Sequence record: NZ_CP085281.1
Source: a plasmid
DNA: 64,000 bases
Direction: 5' to 3' (one strand)
Part shown: piece by piece, positions 49,149-59,088 of the stretch
Layout: the number at the start of each line of letters is the position of its first letter
Position numbering within the stretch: position 1 is the first letter of the stretch
Translations under genes and position numbers: made by a program
The notes under the pieces: generated by a model
What the model saw: only the letters and a program-made list of their open reading frames with translations
What the model was told of the DNA's origin: nothing
Databases searched by the model: none

Positions 49149-49179
49149 ATCGTCCTTTGGTTTTCGTACGGTCTGTGGA

Positions 49180-49722
49180 CTACGCGGCCATGTGGCCGAT
49201 GATCGTGGTGTCGTCTGCGCCGAACTGCCGGGCGCGAGCCTGGGCGAGGCGGAGCTTGCGCTGGACTGCCGGCAAGTCGGCGGGTGAGAGCCCGGGGTCG
49301 GTGAGCCGGCCGCTGAACACCGCGACATCGCGAAGGGCATGGTTGACGCTGTCACCGTGGATGTACGGACCGCAGCTCGAAATGCCGTTCTCACCCTCGT
49401 AGATACGAGCCCAGTCCCGCAGCTCGTCGACGTCCAGGCCGGAAGCTGCGTGGACTACGGCATCAACTGCTGTCTGGACGTGGCGCAGCTCGTCGATCGC
49501 TGGCTGACGAGCCGCGACCGCCCACACCGGGGTCGGGGTGGCGACGAGTCGCTTCGCCTCACGGGTCGAGACCCCCAACGCATCTGCGATCGTCTTGTCA
49601 TCGGCACCGTCGATCCGCAGTTTCTTCGCCATCGCTGTCGCGAGAAACTCGCCGCGGCGCTCAGCCCAGCGGGCCGCGGCCCGGGCGGCGCGCATCGCCT
49701 CGGAGTAGCTGCTGTACTCCAA
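49180..49722 (-). CDS. hypothetical protein (180 aa)
   Basis: Clean ORF, protein-like. Confidence 0.45.
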   Translation of the reverse strand: MEYSSYSEAMRAARAAARWAERRGEFLATAMAKKLRIDGADDKTIADALGVSTREAKRLVATPTPVWAVAARQPAIDELRHVQTAVDAVVHAASGLDVDELRDWARIYEGENGISSCGPYIHGDSVNHALRDVAVFSGRLTDPGLSPADLPAVQRKLRLAQARARQFGADDTTIIGHMAA

Positions 49723-49744
49723 CTCGGTCTCCTCTGCCTCGTAC

Positions 49745-50038
49745 CTATTCCGGACTGTCTTGTTGCTGAGATCCTGGTTCGTCCTCTATGGACGAACCAG
49801 AGGTACCGCATTCGACGTGTGCAGCGATCGCAGCATTCAAGACGTCGATACGTGCCATGTGGTGCTTGAAGTCGGCACCGTTCTCCTGGAAGCGCATCGC
49901 TAGCTCCGAAGCAGCCGTCGCGTGATGAGCGATGAGAGTCAGGATCTCCGAGAACAGCAAGCCTGGTGCCTCGTCGTTCTGAGCAGTCATGTCAAATCCT
50001 CTGCTGCGCTTTACGTTTTGTGAAATACGGCTCGCCAA
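49745..50038 (-). CDS. hypothetical protein (97 aa)
   Basis: Small ORF in the operon. Confidence 0.35.
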   Translation of the reverse strand: MASRISQNVKRSRGFDMTAQNDEAPGLLFSEILTLIAHHATAASELAMRFQENGADFKHHMARIDVLNAAIAAHVECGTSGSSIEDEPGSQQQDSPE

Positions 50039-50056
50039 CTAGGGCGCGCAGTCGCT

Positions 50057-50437
50057 CTACTTCATCCGCCAGACGATGAGCATGACCCGGCGCCGGAGGA
50101 TGACATCAGCATCTCCTACCGATCGCGGATCGTGTTCGCCCATACCGAAGCGCATTGCCATCGTGGTCGTCTTCGAGTACGCGACTCTGACGAGCCGATA
50201 TGTGAGCCAGACGAATCCCACAAGGGCGCCTAGAGCCATCACGGCCAGAACACGGCCAGCGGCGTTATCTAGCTGCGCGGCAACGCCAACCAACCAGGTC
50301 GATAGGCCAATACCGGCCCACAACGTGACCATTCCGGCACATAGTGCAGCGACAACGCCCAGCGCCAGCGCCCACGCGGCAACGTAGGGCAGTCGCGGAC
50401 TCCGCAGCCACCAGTCACGAGAACCGGAATCGCTCAT
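50057..50437 (-). CDS. hypothetical membrane protein (126 aa)
   Basis: Two or three predicted TM helices. Confidence 0.4.
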   Translation of the reverse strand: MSDSGSRDWWLRSPRLPYVAAWALALGVVAALCAGMVTLWAGIGLSTWLVGVAAQLDNAAGRVLAVMALGALVGFVWLTYRLVRVAYSKTTTMAMRFGMGEHDPRSVGDADVILRRRVMLIVWRMK

Positions 50438-50475
50438 ACACCCTCACCCAAGCCTTTCGCTATGCCGATACTCAG

Positions 50476-51333
50476 TCATCCGCGTGCCTGGCCACCCCAC
50501 CACCAGAGGGCGTTACCGACATGGTGTGGTCCGGGGTGCCCGTCAAAAAGCATGCACGGGGAGGTCGGCGATAAGTCGTCCCTGGACAGCGGGAGCTCCA
50601 ATGGGCAGTCGGGTTCTCGCCGGAACTCACGCAACGAATGAGTGTCGTCCCACACCAGCCATGTTTCATGACCGTCCCCAACGTTCTGGACCGGGTCATA
50701 GTGGGGTCCAGCGTGGCCAGCGGCAAGATTGCACCGCCCCCACAGTCGCGCGGGGTACTCGCCGCCTGGTGTGCTGTCGATAGAGCGCCGTTCCTGAGCG
50801 GTAATCTCCACTGTCTCTGCACACGTCTTCACCGCTGGCCACTCAGAGTCTGGATCATCTGGCTGCCTGCTGCGCGCACGCTCACGGTGCCCAATCGAAT
50901 CCTCTCCCAGGACTTCCAAGGTCTGTTCGACCGGGTCGAGGACTCGGCCCAGTAACTCGTGAGGTGTCGCACGCTGATCTTCAGGCAAGTCATTGATGTA
51001 GACCTGGAAATCGCCCAGCGCCCGCACCGCGCGAATGAGATGCGAACTGACGTGGTTCAGGGTCAGCACCCGCCCCAACTCGCTGGCACCCTCGTTGACA
51101 AAGACTCCTCGACCATGTTGAGCACTGACGAGTCCCTCCGACCGCAACTGCTGAATCGCCTGCCTCACAGTCATGCGCGCGACACCGAAATGCTTCATCA
51201 GCTCGACCTCAGACGGAATCCGCTCACCAGGCTGACACTCGCCCCCACCAATCGCGTCTCGCAACTGGTCGGCGATCTGCCGGTACGGGGGACGATCACT
51301 TATACGGTCGATAGCACCGAGAGCGATCCTCAT
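50476..51333 (-). CDS. GntR-family transcriptional regulator
   Basis: N-terminal GntR wHTH 'PPYRQIADQLRDAI..G....GERIPSEVELMKHFGVARMTVRQAIQQLRSEGLV'. Confidence 0.65.
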   Translation of the reverse strand: MRIALGAIDRISDRPPYRQIADQLRDAIGGGECQPGERIPSEVELMKHFGVARMTVRQAIQQLRSEGLVSAQHGRGVFVNEGASELGRVLTLNHVSSHLIRAVRALGDFQVYINDLPEDQRATPHELLGRVLDPVEQTLEVLGEDSIGHRERARSRQPDDPDSEWPAVKTCAETVEITAQERRSIDSTPGGEYPARLWGRCNLAAGHAGPHYDPVQNVGDGHETWLVWDDTHSLREFRREPDCPLELPLSRDDLSPTSPCMLFDGHPGPHHVGNALWWWGGQARG

Positions 51334-51408
51334 CCGAACTCCTTTGCACTAGTGGCTAATTCGGCACCGATCGGGGATCGCCACCGACTTCGCCGCGCAG
51401 CATCGTGG

Positions 51409-51615
51409 TCATTTCTGAATCACTCTGCCCGGAACGTAGATTCCGCGCCCGGTCATCGACTCCACGGCTTCCCCCACCGCGTCATCGATCGAGTCGTACG
51501 CGAGCGTGTTTCCTAAGCCAATCGTTTCGAATTCCCCATCGTGTATCTGCCGTTCGAGCTGATAGGAAATCCGGTACACCTCTTTCGGCGACTCCTGCTG
51601 CGCCATCACAACCAC
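51409..51615 (-). CDS. hypothetical small protein (68 aa)
   Basis: Small ORF upstream of the GntR gene. Confidence 0.3.
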   Translation of the reverse strand: MVVMAQQESPKEVYRISYQLERQIHDGEFETIGLGNTLAYDSIDDAVGEAVESMTGRGIYVPGRVIQK

Positions 51616-51710
51616 CCTTCTCTCTTGGTTCTGTGCGCAGAGTAATCCGGTGCACCGACAACCTCCCGCGCTCTCGACATCAGGAATCGTATCACTAATC
51701 GCTACGTTAT

Positions 51711-52223
51711 GTGTCAGTTTCCGCTACGCTACGCAGTATGGGTAGGTACGCCACATCCACCGACGTCGCACCCGACCGGTCGCGCAGCGAGATTGAACGC
51801 ACGCTGCAGCGTTACGGAGCGCGCCAGTTCGCCTATGGGTGGGATGAGAACCGTGCGATGCTCGCGTTCGTCGCCAACGGTCGCCAGGTCCGGTTCGTGC
51901 TGCCACTGCCGGATCGCGACGCGCCGGAGTTCACCAAGACGCCAACGGGCAGGGACCGCTCGGCGAGCGCGGCCAACGAGGCATATGAGCAGGCGGTGCG
52001 GCAGCGTTGGCGTGCACTCGCGTTGGTGATCAAAGCCAAGCTCGAGGCTGTCGACACGGGGATTGTGGACTTCACCAGCGAGTTCCTTGCCCACCTAGTG
52101 TTGCCCGGCGGTGGCGGCGAGACGGTCGGCGAGGCCGTGGTGCCGCGTATCGACGAGGCGTACCGAACAGGCGAACCTCCGGATCTGTTGCCGGCGTTCG
52201 CGCCGCGGGCGCTTCCTCAATGA
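51711..52223 (+). CDS. hypothetical protein (170 aa)
   Basis: Clean ORF. Stop overlaps the start of the next gene. Confidence 0.45.
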   Translation: MSVSATLRSMGRYATSTDVAPDRSRSEIERTLQRYGARQFAYGWDENRAMLAFVANGRQVRFVLPLPDRDAPEFTKTPTGRDRSASAANEAYEQAVRQRWRALALVIKAKLEAVDTGIVDFTSEFLAHLVLPGGGGETVGEAVVPRIDEAYRTGEPPDLLPAFAPRALPQ

Positions 52224-52534
52224 GCCCACGGCGTCGGGGCACGGTTCCCGAGCCGCAGCGGACGCAGCTTCACGATGCTCACCGCACCGCCCAGACAGCC
52301 AGTGCCGAGCTGCGCCGAGCGGTCTGGGCTGCCTATCAGGCCGGTGCGTCGATTCGCGAGATCGCAGGTGAGCTTGGCATGTCCACCAACACGATCCAGC
52401 AGTGGATGAAGCTGGCGCGGGCGCACGACGCAGAATCGGCCGCGACGAGGATGGGCGTCGGCCCCGATGACCAGCATGGAGCTTCAGGCGTTCACGGTGC
52501 CGGATCTGACAAATGCTCGCCGCGCGACTCGTGA
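52220..52534 (+). CDS. small HTH DNA-binding protein (~105 aa)
   Basis: 'ASIREIAGELGMSTNTIQQWMK' helix-turn-helix. Confidence 0.45.
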   Translation: MSPRRRGTVPEPQRTQLHDAHRTAQTASAELRRAVWAAYQAGASIREIAGELGMSTNTIQQWMKLARAHDAESAATRMGVGPDDQHGASGVHGAGSDKCSPRDS

Positions 52535-52579
52535 TCGACGCTGAGAACGGTCCGCTGAGGTCCACACCGGTCTGGGCGC

Positions 52580-53200
52580 TCAGCGGATGTCTGGGGCCGT
52601 CCCATGGGTGTTCGTTGCCGGGTCGAGCAGTTGTGTTTCGAGGTCGGCGATGCGTCGGTCGAGGAAGCGGTTGTTGGAGCGGGCAGCTGCGAGTCGTTCG
52701 GTGAGGGTGGCGTGGTCCTCGGTGAGCTGTCGTATCCGTTGGCGCAGTGCGGTGTTCTCACTGACGAGGTGTTGCTGGCTCTCTGGTGACCAGGTTTGTT
52801 CGAGATCGCGAATCTGGCCCATCAGCTCGCCGATGCGTTGCCGCTGCCGCTGAATTTCAGCGTTGGTGGTAATGAGCGCTGCTTCGGCGTTGAGCGCGCG
52901 TTCGCGCCATCCCGAATCTGTGGTCCCCGTCGTCGCTTCGGGCGTACCACCGCCCGGGGCGGCGGTTTCGTTGGTGCGGTCGCCGGTGGCGGCGCGGACC
53001 AGTGCACGGGCCCGCGGATTTTCGTAGAGAAAGGTTCGGGACACATTGGCCTGATCAGCGATCGCCCGAGCGGTGATTGGTAGCTTGCGGCGGCGCATTC
53101 GCCGGATTGTGTCGTCGACGCGGGCGACAAGCTGGTCGGCGCGCGCCCGTCTGGCCTTGACTGCCGCGTCGGTACGGGCAGATCCGGTGGTGGCGGTCAC
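52580..53200 (-). CDS. small HTH plus coiled-coil protein (TnpC-like, module 2)
   Basis: 'ITARAIADQANVSRTFLYEN' HTH. Coiled coil 'ENTALRQRIRQLTEDHATLTERL'. GTGA overlap with B'. Homolog of 33051..33461. Confidence 0.6.
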   Translation of the reverse strand: MTATTGSARTDAAVKARRARADQLVARVDDTIRRMRRRKLPITARAIADQANVSRTFLYENPRARALVRAATGDRTNETAAPGGGTPEATTGTTDSGWRERALNAEAALITTNAEIQRQRQRIGELMGQIRDLEQTWSPESQQHLVSENTALRQRIRQLTEDHATLTERLAAARSNNRFLDRRIADLETQLLDPATNTHGTAPDIR

Positions 53201-55806
53201 GCGAGCTCCTCGGTCGGCACGGTGTCGTCGGCGTCATCGAGCTGGGCGAGTTCCTGTGCGCGGAACGCGGTGGCCCACATGCGGTTGAGATAGTCCTGGG
53301 GTCGGCGCATGTCGAGGGCGAGGGCTTCGTCGAGCAGTCCGACTGCGGAGAGCGCTTTTTCGAGTCCGTCGATGGCTTTGTTGGTCGGTTCGAACACCTG
53401 GTGCAGGTAGTCGGCGGTGGCGTCATCAGGTGCTCGTTCGGCGATCGAGCGCCACTGTTCGCGTTTGCGGCGCCAGTACAGCAGGTCTGCTCCGGACAGG
53501 ACGAACTTGTCGCAGTTGTGGCAGTCGAGGTTCCACGGGCACGCGTGGCCGTGGACGACCGGTTGGAAGGTGCAGAAGCCGCCTTCGGCGGGTGTGGAGC
53601 GTCGCGATAGGTCTAGAGCAAGAGCTTGGGCGTCAGTGCGGGTGAGGGTGGTGGTGCCGGCGGAGAGCACCTCACCAGGATGGGGCGCGGCGGGACCGGC
53701 GACCCAGACGTGCTGCAAGATGTCCTCGATGTCGCTGAGCGAGGCCTTCGCGTACCGCTCAGCCATGCGGGGTGAGATCTGGCCGAGGTAGCGCTGGATG
53801 TGGTGCAGCGGCGCGCCGTGGCGCAACAGTTTGGTGGCCAATGTGTGCCGGGCCTGGTGGGTGACGTAGTTGCCACCGAGATCAAGGCTGTCGACCCAGA
53901 GCCGAAACGACCGGGAGTACCACGGGTAGCCCATCGAGGCGGTGCCGTCGGAGTTGCGGAAGTTCGACGGGAACAGTGCCATCTTGTGCCGGTCGCGCGG
54001 TGCGGGTTCGTGACCGTGGTGTTGGACGTACTTCGCGATGGATTTGCGGCGGCGTGTTTCGATCAGCTCGTACACCGATTCGGGAATGCGGATAGCGGTG
54101 TCGTAGTTGCCCACCTTGGTTTGGTCGTGCCAGAGCAGCGGCAGGTCGTTGTGGCGGCCAGTGCAATCGAGGCGCAGTTTGAGCACCTCGTTGGCACGCC
54201 GGCCGGTGGCGATGATGATCGTCCACGCGTCGCGGATGCCGACGTCGTTGGGATCGTAGGCAGCAAGCGCCTGTAGGTTCTGCTCGTCGGCGAGCTGCTG
54301 AGCGACATGGTCGGGGAACGGCCGACGCGCTGGCGACGGCTGGGTGCCGCCGTAGGGTGCGGCGACGATAAATGATCGTGGGATGGCCAGGGTATCCGCG
54401 GCGCCGGTGTCGAGCGCCCACCGCAGAATACGGCGCACACTGTTGAGCGCTTGGCTGCTAGTCACGGTGGTGACGGTGCTGGGTTGTCCGTCGCCGCGGT
54501 GAATGCCCAGCGAGGGCAGACCGTGCTTGACCCGGTGGCGCTGGTCGGCGACGAACCGCTGCATGTCGACTTCGCCCAGCTGAGTCGGGTCGTGACCTCC
54601 ACCGACGGCGTCGGTTTCGAGGAAGGCGCTGAGTTCGACGACGCCGCGGCGCAGCCCATCGATCGGGCCTGCGGTAGCGGGCGGGCTGGGCGCTTGCAAA
54701 AGATCGGCAAGATAGTCCCACAACAGGTTTCGTAGCCAGGGCTGGCTGGCGCCGCGGAGATTGAAGTGGCTACCGCGGTTGGTGTAGCGGATGCCGAAGT
54801 GCTCGGTCTCCAGGAAGCCGGCCTCACGCGTGTCGGCGCGGGTGAAGTACACCAGCCGCAGCTCACCAAGCATCTCGCGGGCGACATGCTTGCGGGGGCT
54901 TCTCTTGCCAGCGTCGAGAACGTCGAGGTCCAGGTCGACCAGCGAAACAAGGTCATGCTCGCGACAAGCATTGGCCAGTGCCTGCACGTATTGCAGATCC
55001 CAGCGGGCCCGGCGCCCTTCGGTGTGCCGATACATACCCCACCGGATCTCGGCCGCGACCAAGGGCCGGAGGCCTAGCAGGTTCACCTGACCGCGCACAG
55101 GATGCGGTTCGACGGTGGCGCACCAGTGGTCGAACGCCGCGCGGTCCTCGCAGCGCAGCGGTGCGCGCTTTCCCTTGGCTTCGTAGCCCATCAGCCACCG
55201 GCCCGGCAGATGCGCGCCGCCGGGCCGGCCGACACGTTTGTAGATGGCGCCGTGCCACCGGCACAAACCGAGCGGGGACTGCGCCAGCTCGGGGCAGCAG
55301 ACGACTCGGCATTCCCCATAGCCGGGAAGCGCGTGCTGCGTGGGCAACCAGTCATCGAGGGTCAGTTCGGGATGGCGCTGCAACGCAAACCGGAACCGTT
55401 CGGAGTGCTGCAGGCACAGCCCGTTCTCCGATCGACGCGCGGGGCGTTCGGGGCAGATCCGACACATCCGTTCATCGGGTGGCAACGCGACCTTGATTGG
55501 TGTTGCGGCAGCGACGAATTCGGGGCGGTTGCCGCCCCGGTCGCGATGGCGCAGCCATTGCTTGTTGTGTTGGTTGCAGAGTTCGTTGCCGTTGGCGCGG
55601 GCAGCTTCGCACTCGGTGACTACGCATCGCCAGCCGAACACCGGATGCAGTGGCGGGAAGCGCAAGACGTCATCCCGAAACACGGGATCGACGCTGGGGC
55701 CCGACAACAGTGTCGTCAGCAGTTCGTGGCGATCGCGGACCTGCCGGCCGGGCTGGTCGATGCGCAGCGGCCACATGCTGTCACCCCATTGGGCGGGCTT
55801 GCTCAT
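53197..55806 (-). CDS. large tyrosine recombinase with N-terminal triple zinc-finger region (TnpB-like, module 2, ~869 aa)
   Basis: Three CxxC...CxxH units N-terminally. Catalytic motifs 'ATGRRANEVLKLRL', 'HQARHTLATKLLRHG' and 'HHIQRYLGQ'. C-terminal 'CPWNLDCHNC'. ATG at 55806 overlaps the A' stop (ATGA). Confidence 0.75.
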   Translation of the reverse strand: MSKPAQWGDSMWPLRIDQPGRQVRDRHELLTTLLSGPSVDPVFRDDVLRFPPLHPVFGWRCVVTECEAARANGNELCNQHNKQWLRHRDRGGNRPEFVAAATPIKVALPPDERMCRICPERPARRSENGLCLQHSERFRFALQRHPELTLDDWLPTQHALPGYGECRVVCCPELAQSPLGLCRWHGAIYKRVGRPGGAHLPGRWLMGYEAKGKRAPLRCEDRAAFDHWCATVEPHPVRGQVNLLGLRPLVAAEIRWGMYRHTEGRRARWDLQYVQALANACREHDLVSLVDLDLDVLDAGKRSPRKHVAREMLGELRLVYFTRADTREAGFLETEHFGIRYTNRGSHFNLRGASQPWLRNLLWDYLADLLQAPSPPATAGPIDGLRRGVVELSAFLETDAVGGGHDPTQLGEVDMQRFVADQRHRVKHGLPSLGIHRGDGQPSTVTTVTSSQALNSVRRILRWALDTGAADTLAIPRSFIVAAPYGGTQPSPARRPFPDHVAQQLADEQNLQALAAYDPNDVGIRDAWTIIIATGRRANEVLKLRLDCTGRHNDLPLLWHDQTKVGNYDTAIRIPESVYELIETRRRKSIAKYVQHHGHEPAPRDRHKMALFPSNFRNSDGTASMGYPWYSRSFRLWVDSLDLGGNYVTHQARHTLATKLLRHGAPLHHIQRYLGQISPRMAERYAKASLSDIEDILQHVWVAGPAAPHPGEVLSAGTTTLTRTDAQALALDLSRRSTPAEGGFCTFQPVVHGHACPWNLDCHNCDKFVLSGADLLYWRRKREQWRSIAERAPDDATADYLHQVFEPTNKAIDGLEKALSAVGLLDEALALDMRRPQDYLNRMWATAFRAQELAQLDDADDTVPTEELA

Positions 55807-56978
55807 GTCAGCCCCCACGTCTTGCGCAACGCCGCGTCGAAAACCGGATCGTGCAGATCGGCGTGTGCGTACACCTCGTCGACTGTGGTCGTCGAGGACC
55901 AGCCTCCGGCGTCGCGGGTGACCACCAGGTTGCCACCGGACGCATCAAGGACGGCGGTGGCGAAAGAGTGCCGGAACATGTGCGGCCGGATCCGGCCCAG
56001 ACCCGCGCGGGCACCGGCGCGGCGCAGGACCGCCCGGGCGGCGTCGGGCGCCCATGCAGCGCCGATGTCGTCGCCGTCGAGCTGGACGAGCAGCATGCCG
56101 TGCTCATCGACGACCGCACGGGCGCGTTCACCGGTGACGTAGTCGAAGTAGGTGTGGATCATCGCAGGGCTGACCCGTTTAATCAGGCCGCCGGTGACCG
56201 TGCCGTCCTCGATCGTCCATGGCAGCTTCGTCTTCGCCCGTGCGCCGTTCGGATTGGCCGGGCGGTCGCAAACGTGTACGTGTGGCGATCGGCAGCCGCC
56301 GCACTCCGCACCGTCGCGCAAGTGCAGGTCCATCAGGTGCAGTCCGCACAACTCGCCGATACGGAACCCTCCGTCACATAGCCAGGCCACTACAAGCCGG
56401 TCCCGCGCGGTCCGCACCACCTGTTCCAATTTCGGGCGCGCCCCGTCGGGCAGCATCTTGGGATGGCGCCGACGAATCGACTTCGGCGCCAAGGGATTCG
56501 CGCGCACGCTGGTGGTCACGTGGCCGAGCATCGATCGTTCCCGGTCCGCTCGCGTCGGTAACCGCGTTTGGTCGAGTTCACGGCCCAGCTGCGGGCAGGA
56601 TCCGAGCACTGCGTGGTGCAGGTAGTAGCCCTTGAGGCACGCTGCAGTTGTCTGCAATGCACTGTTGCCGTAGGGACGCTCCCGCCAAGCGAGGCCGTGC
56701 GGGCCGGAGATCTTTGCGCCGACAGCCCCCATGTACCGGCGCAGGTCGCGCACGCTGATCGATTCCAGGTTCAAGCCTTCACGTGCGCACCAGCGCAGAT
56801 GATCGACCAGGTGGTACGCGTACGTGCGTTGCGTGGTGGAGCCGTCGAACTGTCGCAAAAACCCATCCGCGGGCTCGTGCACAGTGCCGTCCGGCCACAC
56901 GATCGTGAACGATCGCCACCCACCCCCGCGGTGCAAGGGCTGAACGCGTAGATCATCGACAATCGCGCGACGAGCCAT
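55803..56978 (-). CDS. tyrosine recombinase (TnpA-like, module 2)
   Basis: 'RIGELCGLHLMDL', 'HMFRHSFATAVL' and 'VDEVYAHAD' catalytic motifs. 'RTYAYHLVDHLRWC' core-binding region. Start is uncertain (ATGs at 56978, 57020 and 57056; the track ORF extends to 57398). Confidence 0.7.
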   Translation of the reverse strand: MARRAIVDDLRVQPLHRGGGWRSFTIVWPDGTVHEPADGFLRQFDGSTTQRTYAYHLVDHLRWCAREGLNLESISVRDLRRYMGAVGAKISGPHGLAWRERPYGNSALQTTAACLKGYYLHHAVLGSCPQLGRELDQTRLPTRADRERSMLGHVTTSVRANPLAPKSIRRRHPKMLPDGARPKLEQVVRTARDRLVVAWLCDGGFRIGELCGLHLMDLHLRDGAECGGCRSPHVHVCDRPANPNGARAKTKLPWTIEDGTVTGGLIKRVSPAMIHTYFDYVTGERARAVVDEHGMLLVQLDGDDIGAAWAPDAARAVLRRAGARAGLGRIRPHMFRHSFATAVLDASGGNLVVTRDAGGWSSTTTVDEVYAHADLHDPVFDAALRKTWGLT

Positions 56979-57182
56979 CTCCGTCCTCCCCGGGTTAGCA
57001 ACCGTGTCGACGGGCAGCATTGCACCGGGCACCGACAACACGCGAAAAGCGCACATAGCTCCGATCGCGAATGCGAGCGTCGTTTGATCGCGAAATTCAG
57101 CGTCCGTCGTCAACTCGAATTGGCTCCAGTTGGGCGGTGCGAAGTGGCCCCACCTGGAGCCGGGTAGGGGGATGCTGGAGGG

Positions 57183-57545
57183 GTGGACGACGACGCGCTG
57201 CGTGAGGCGTTGATCGCGAAAGCGGCAAGCGATCTCGCGCAGTTGTTGACGTGGACCCGCGCCGAGCGGGCGCTGCGCGGTGATGACGATAAGCACGCCG
57301 CCTGGCTCGATGAGTTGCTCATCGGCCTGGAGCCGTTGGCCGAAGGTGTCGATGATGTGCAGACATCCATGGTGATGCGCCGGGTAGTGCAGCAGCATGG
57401 CGGGGAAGGCCCGTGGTCGATCGAGGATATGGCCGCGATGACCGGCCGCGATGCAAAGTCAATCGAGCGGGTGGTGGCTGGCCTGACCGAAGCCGGCGTG
57501 GCCTGCCCCGTCACGCCACCAGACGGTGATGATGAGTCGTCATGA
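57183..57545 (+). CDS. hypothetical protein (120 aa)
   Basis: ORF divergent from A', overlapping its long N-terminal extension. Uncertain. Confidence 0.3.
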   Translation: MDDDALREALIAKAASDLAQLLTWTRAERALRGDDDKHAAWLDELLIGLEPLAEGVDDVQTSMVMRRVVQQHGGEGPWSIEDMAAMTGRDAKSIERVVAGLTEAGVACPVTPPDGDDESS

Positions 57546-58087
57546 TGGCCGGAGAGCACCACTCGCGGACGAAACTGCGGAATTTATACCAGATTTCATA
57601 CCAGCCAGCGGCGCCACGCTCCGACGGTCCAGCCCGGAAGGCACGTCATTGACCAGGCAGTGTTCCGGTTTCTGCACAAAATGCTGAGGGGTCGGCACCA
57701 CATCTGCTCGACTCCCGGGCCATTCCATTCCGGCGTCGCTCCCTCCCCTAAGCTCAGGCGCGCAGTGCGCTCGGGGCAGACGCGCCACCCACGAGCTCGT
57801 CGAGTGCTTGTGAGACGCGCGGGCAAAGGCCGCGGTGGTGGTGTGCTTGCCGGCGGATATACATGACGATGTCTGCTTCGTCGCCAGCGAGCGCCAGGCG
57901 GGCGAGGTGGACTAATACCTCCCCGTCAACTGATTCGCTCTTCCACTCGCCCGCCGCACTACCTGTTGACATGCCCTTTTCCGTTCATTCCGAGTGGACT
58001 ACTTCGCCGCCAGATTCATGCGAGTCGCCCAGTCCTGTGTCTCATCGTCCTGCCGCTGCTGCGGACACGCCGATGTCGAGCACGGTC

Positions 58088-58264
58088 CTATGTCAGGTTG
58101 CGGTCGAGTGCGGCCCGGATCAGTCGTGCATGGTCGCCGTCGCCCCAGGGCTGGATCAACTCCCGAATCTCACGCACCGCACGCTCTAGTTTCTGCTCGC
58201 GAGTGAGCGGCACCGCCGCACCCCGTTGACCGCCGAAATACTTGTTCATATCGTAAAACTCCAT
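58088..58264 (-). CDS. small protein (58 aa) with strong RBS
   Basis: 'GGAAGGAG' lies 7 nt upstream of the ATG at 58264. The track ORF extends further upstream in the same frame. Confidence 0.5.
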   Translation of the reverse strand: MEFYDMNKYFGGQRGAAVPLTREQKLERAVREIRELIQPWGDGDHARLIRAALDRNLT

Positions 58265-58433
58265 TTCACAACTCCTTCCATCGAGTGCTGGTGGCTTCCA
58301 ACAGAGCGGGATCGAGTCCAGTCGACGGCTCCCAAGGTCGCACGTGGCGAACACGGTCGGTTAAGGAGTCCGCCGGACGGTTGAGAAGGACCGCGACGAA
58401 CGTGGCGAACACCGTTCAGCGCGGTCGGTAAAG

Positions 58434-58822
58434 TCGATGATCAGGTGCAGGGGTTCGCGGTTGCGCCAGTACAACGTCTCCAGGAAGTCTGCGGCGAAGG
58501 ATCTACGTTCGGCCTTCCGCATCAGCGATAAGTCGAGTACGACCGGGAATCGCTGTTGGGCAACCAGTTCGGCGACGACTGCACCTTGGTTGGGACGCAG
58601 GGCGATGTCGGCGTGGTCGCCACCGAGGATGATGACGGGGAATCCCGCTTCGCGTCCGTCGGCGGAGGAACGCAGTCCGTGCCAGACGCCGGTGGGGTCG
58701 ATGACGCAGATTAGGCAGCCGGCGTTCATCAGTTCTTCGGCCAGTACCGAGGCGGTGTGGGTCTTACCCCGGCCTTTCTTGCCCAGGATGGCGAAGGTGG
58801 CGGTCACACTGTCCACGGGCAT
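58434..58822 (-). pseudogene. 5' portion of the disrupted HerA/DUF87-like ATPase gene (Walker A)
   Basis: 'ILGKKGRGKTHTASVLAEELMNAGCLICVIDPTGVW', 'ILGGDHADIALRPNQ' and 'VVLDLS...FAADFLETLY' are DUF87/HerA-like. Ends at '...EPLHLIID', after which the reading frame enters the inverted repeat and terminates. Confidence 0.55.
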
Positions 58823-59088
58823 GGTGAAGTCGTCGGCCAGCGCAATTCGCGGCGCTAGCTCGTTCCCGCGTCCGGTGTCTGTCATATCTGTGCCTGTATC
58901 GGTTGACCTGCTCTGATCGGGCTTGCCGTCTTCGAGTATGCCCGGCATTGGGGTGCCCGAGCGGGTCCGCCGCGGCATGAGTTGTCTCCATCTGGCCGTC
59001 GGCGCCCCGCCGGCGCGGGCGCATCCGTCATGCCTACGGCGCGCGACCGCTGAGCAGGCGTGACGGCATGTCCCGCCAGCCACTTGGG

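Larger units (their letters stand above)
46546..58433. mobile_element. candidate ~11.9-kb inverted-repeat-bounded insertion carrying a Tn554-like tyrosine recombinase module plus cargo
   Basis: Left end 'aaCTTTTCCGACCGGCTG' (46546-46563). Right end rc 'CTTTACCGACCGCGCTG' (58433-58417), 16/17 identical with 1 indel. Both abut the two halves of an ATPase gene whose joined sequence gives 'LHLIIEEADEFAP'. Possible 2-bp flanking duplication, TC at 46544-46545 and 58434-58435. Confidence 0.5.
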
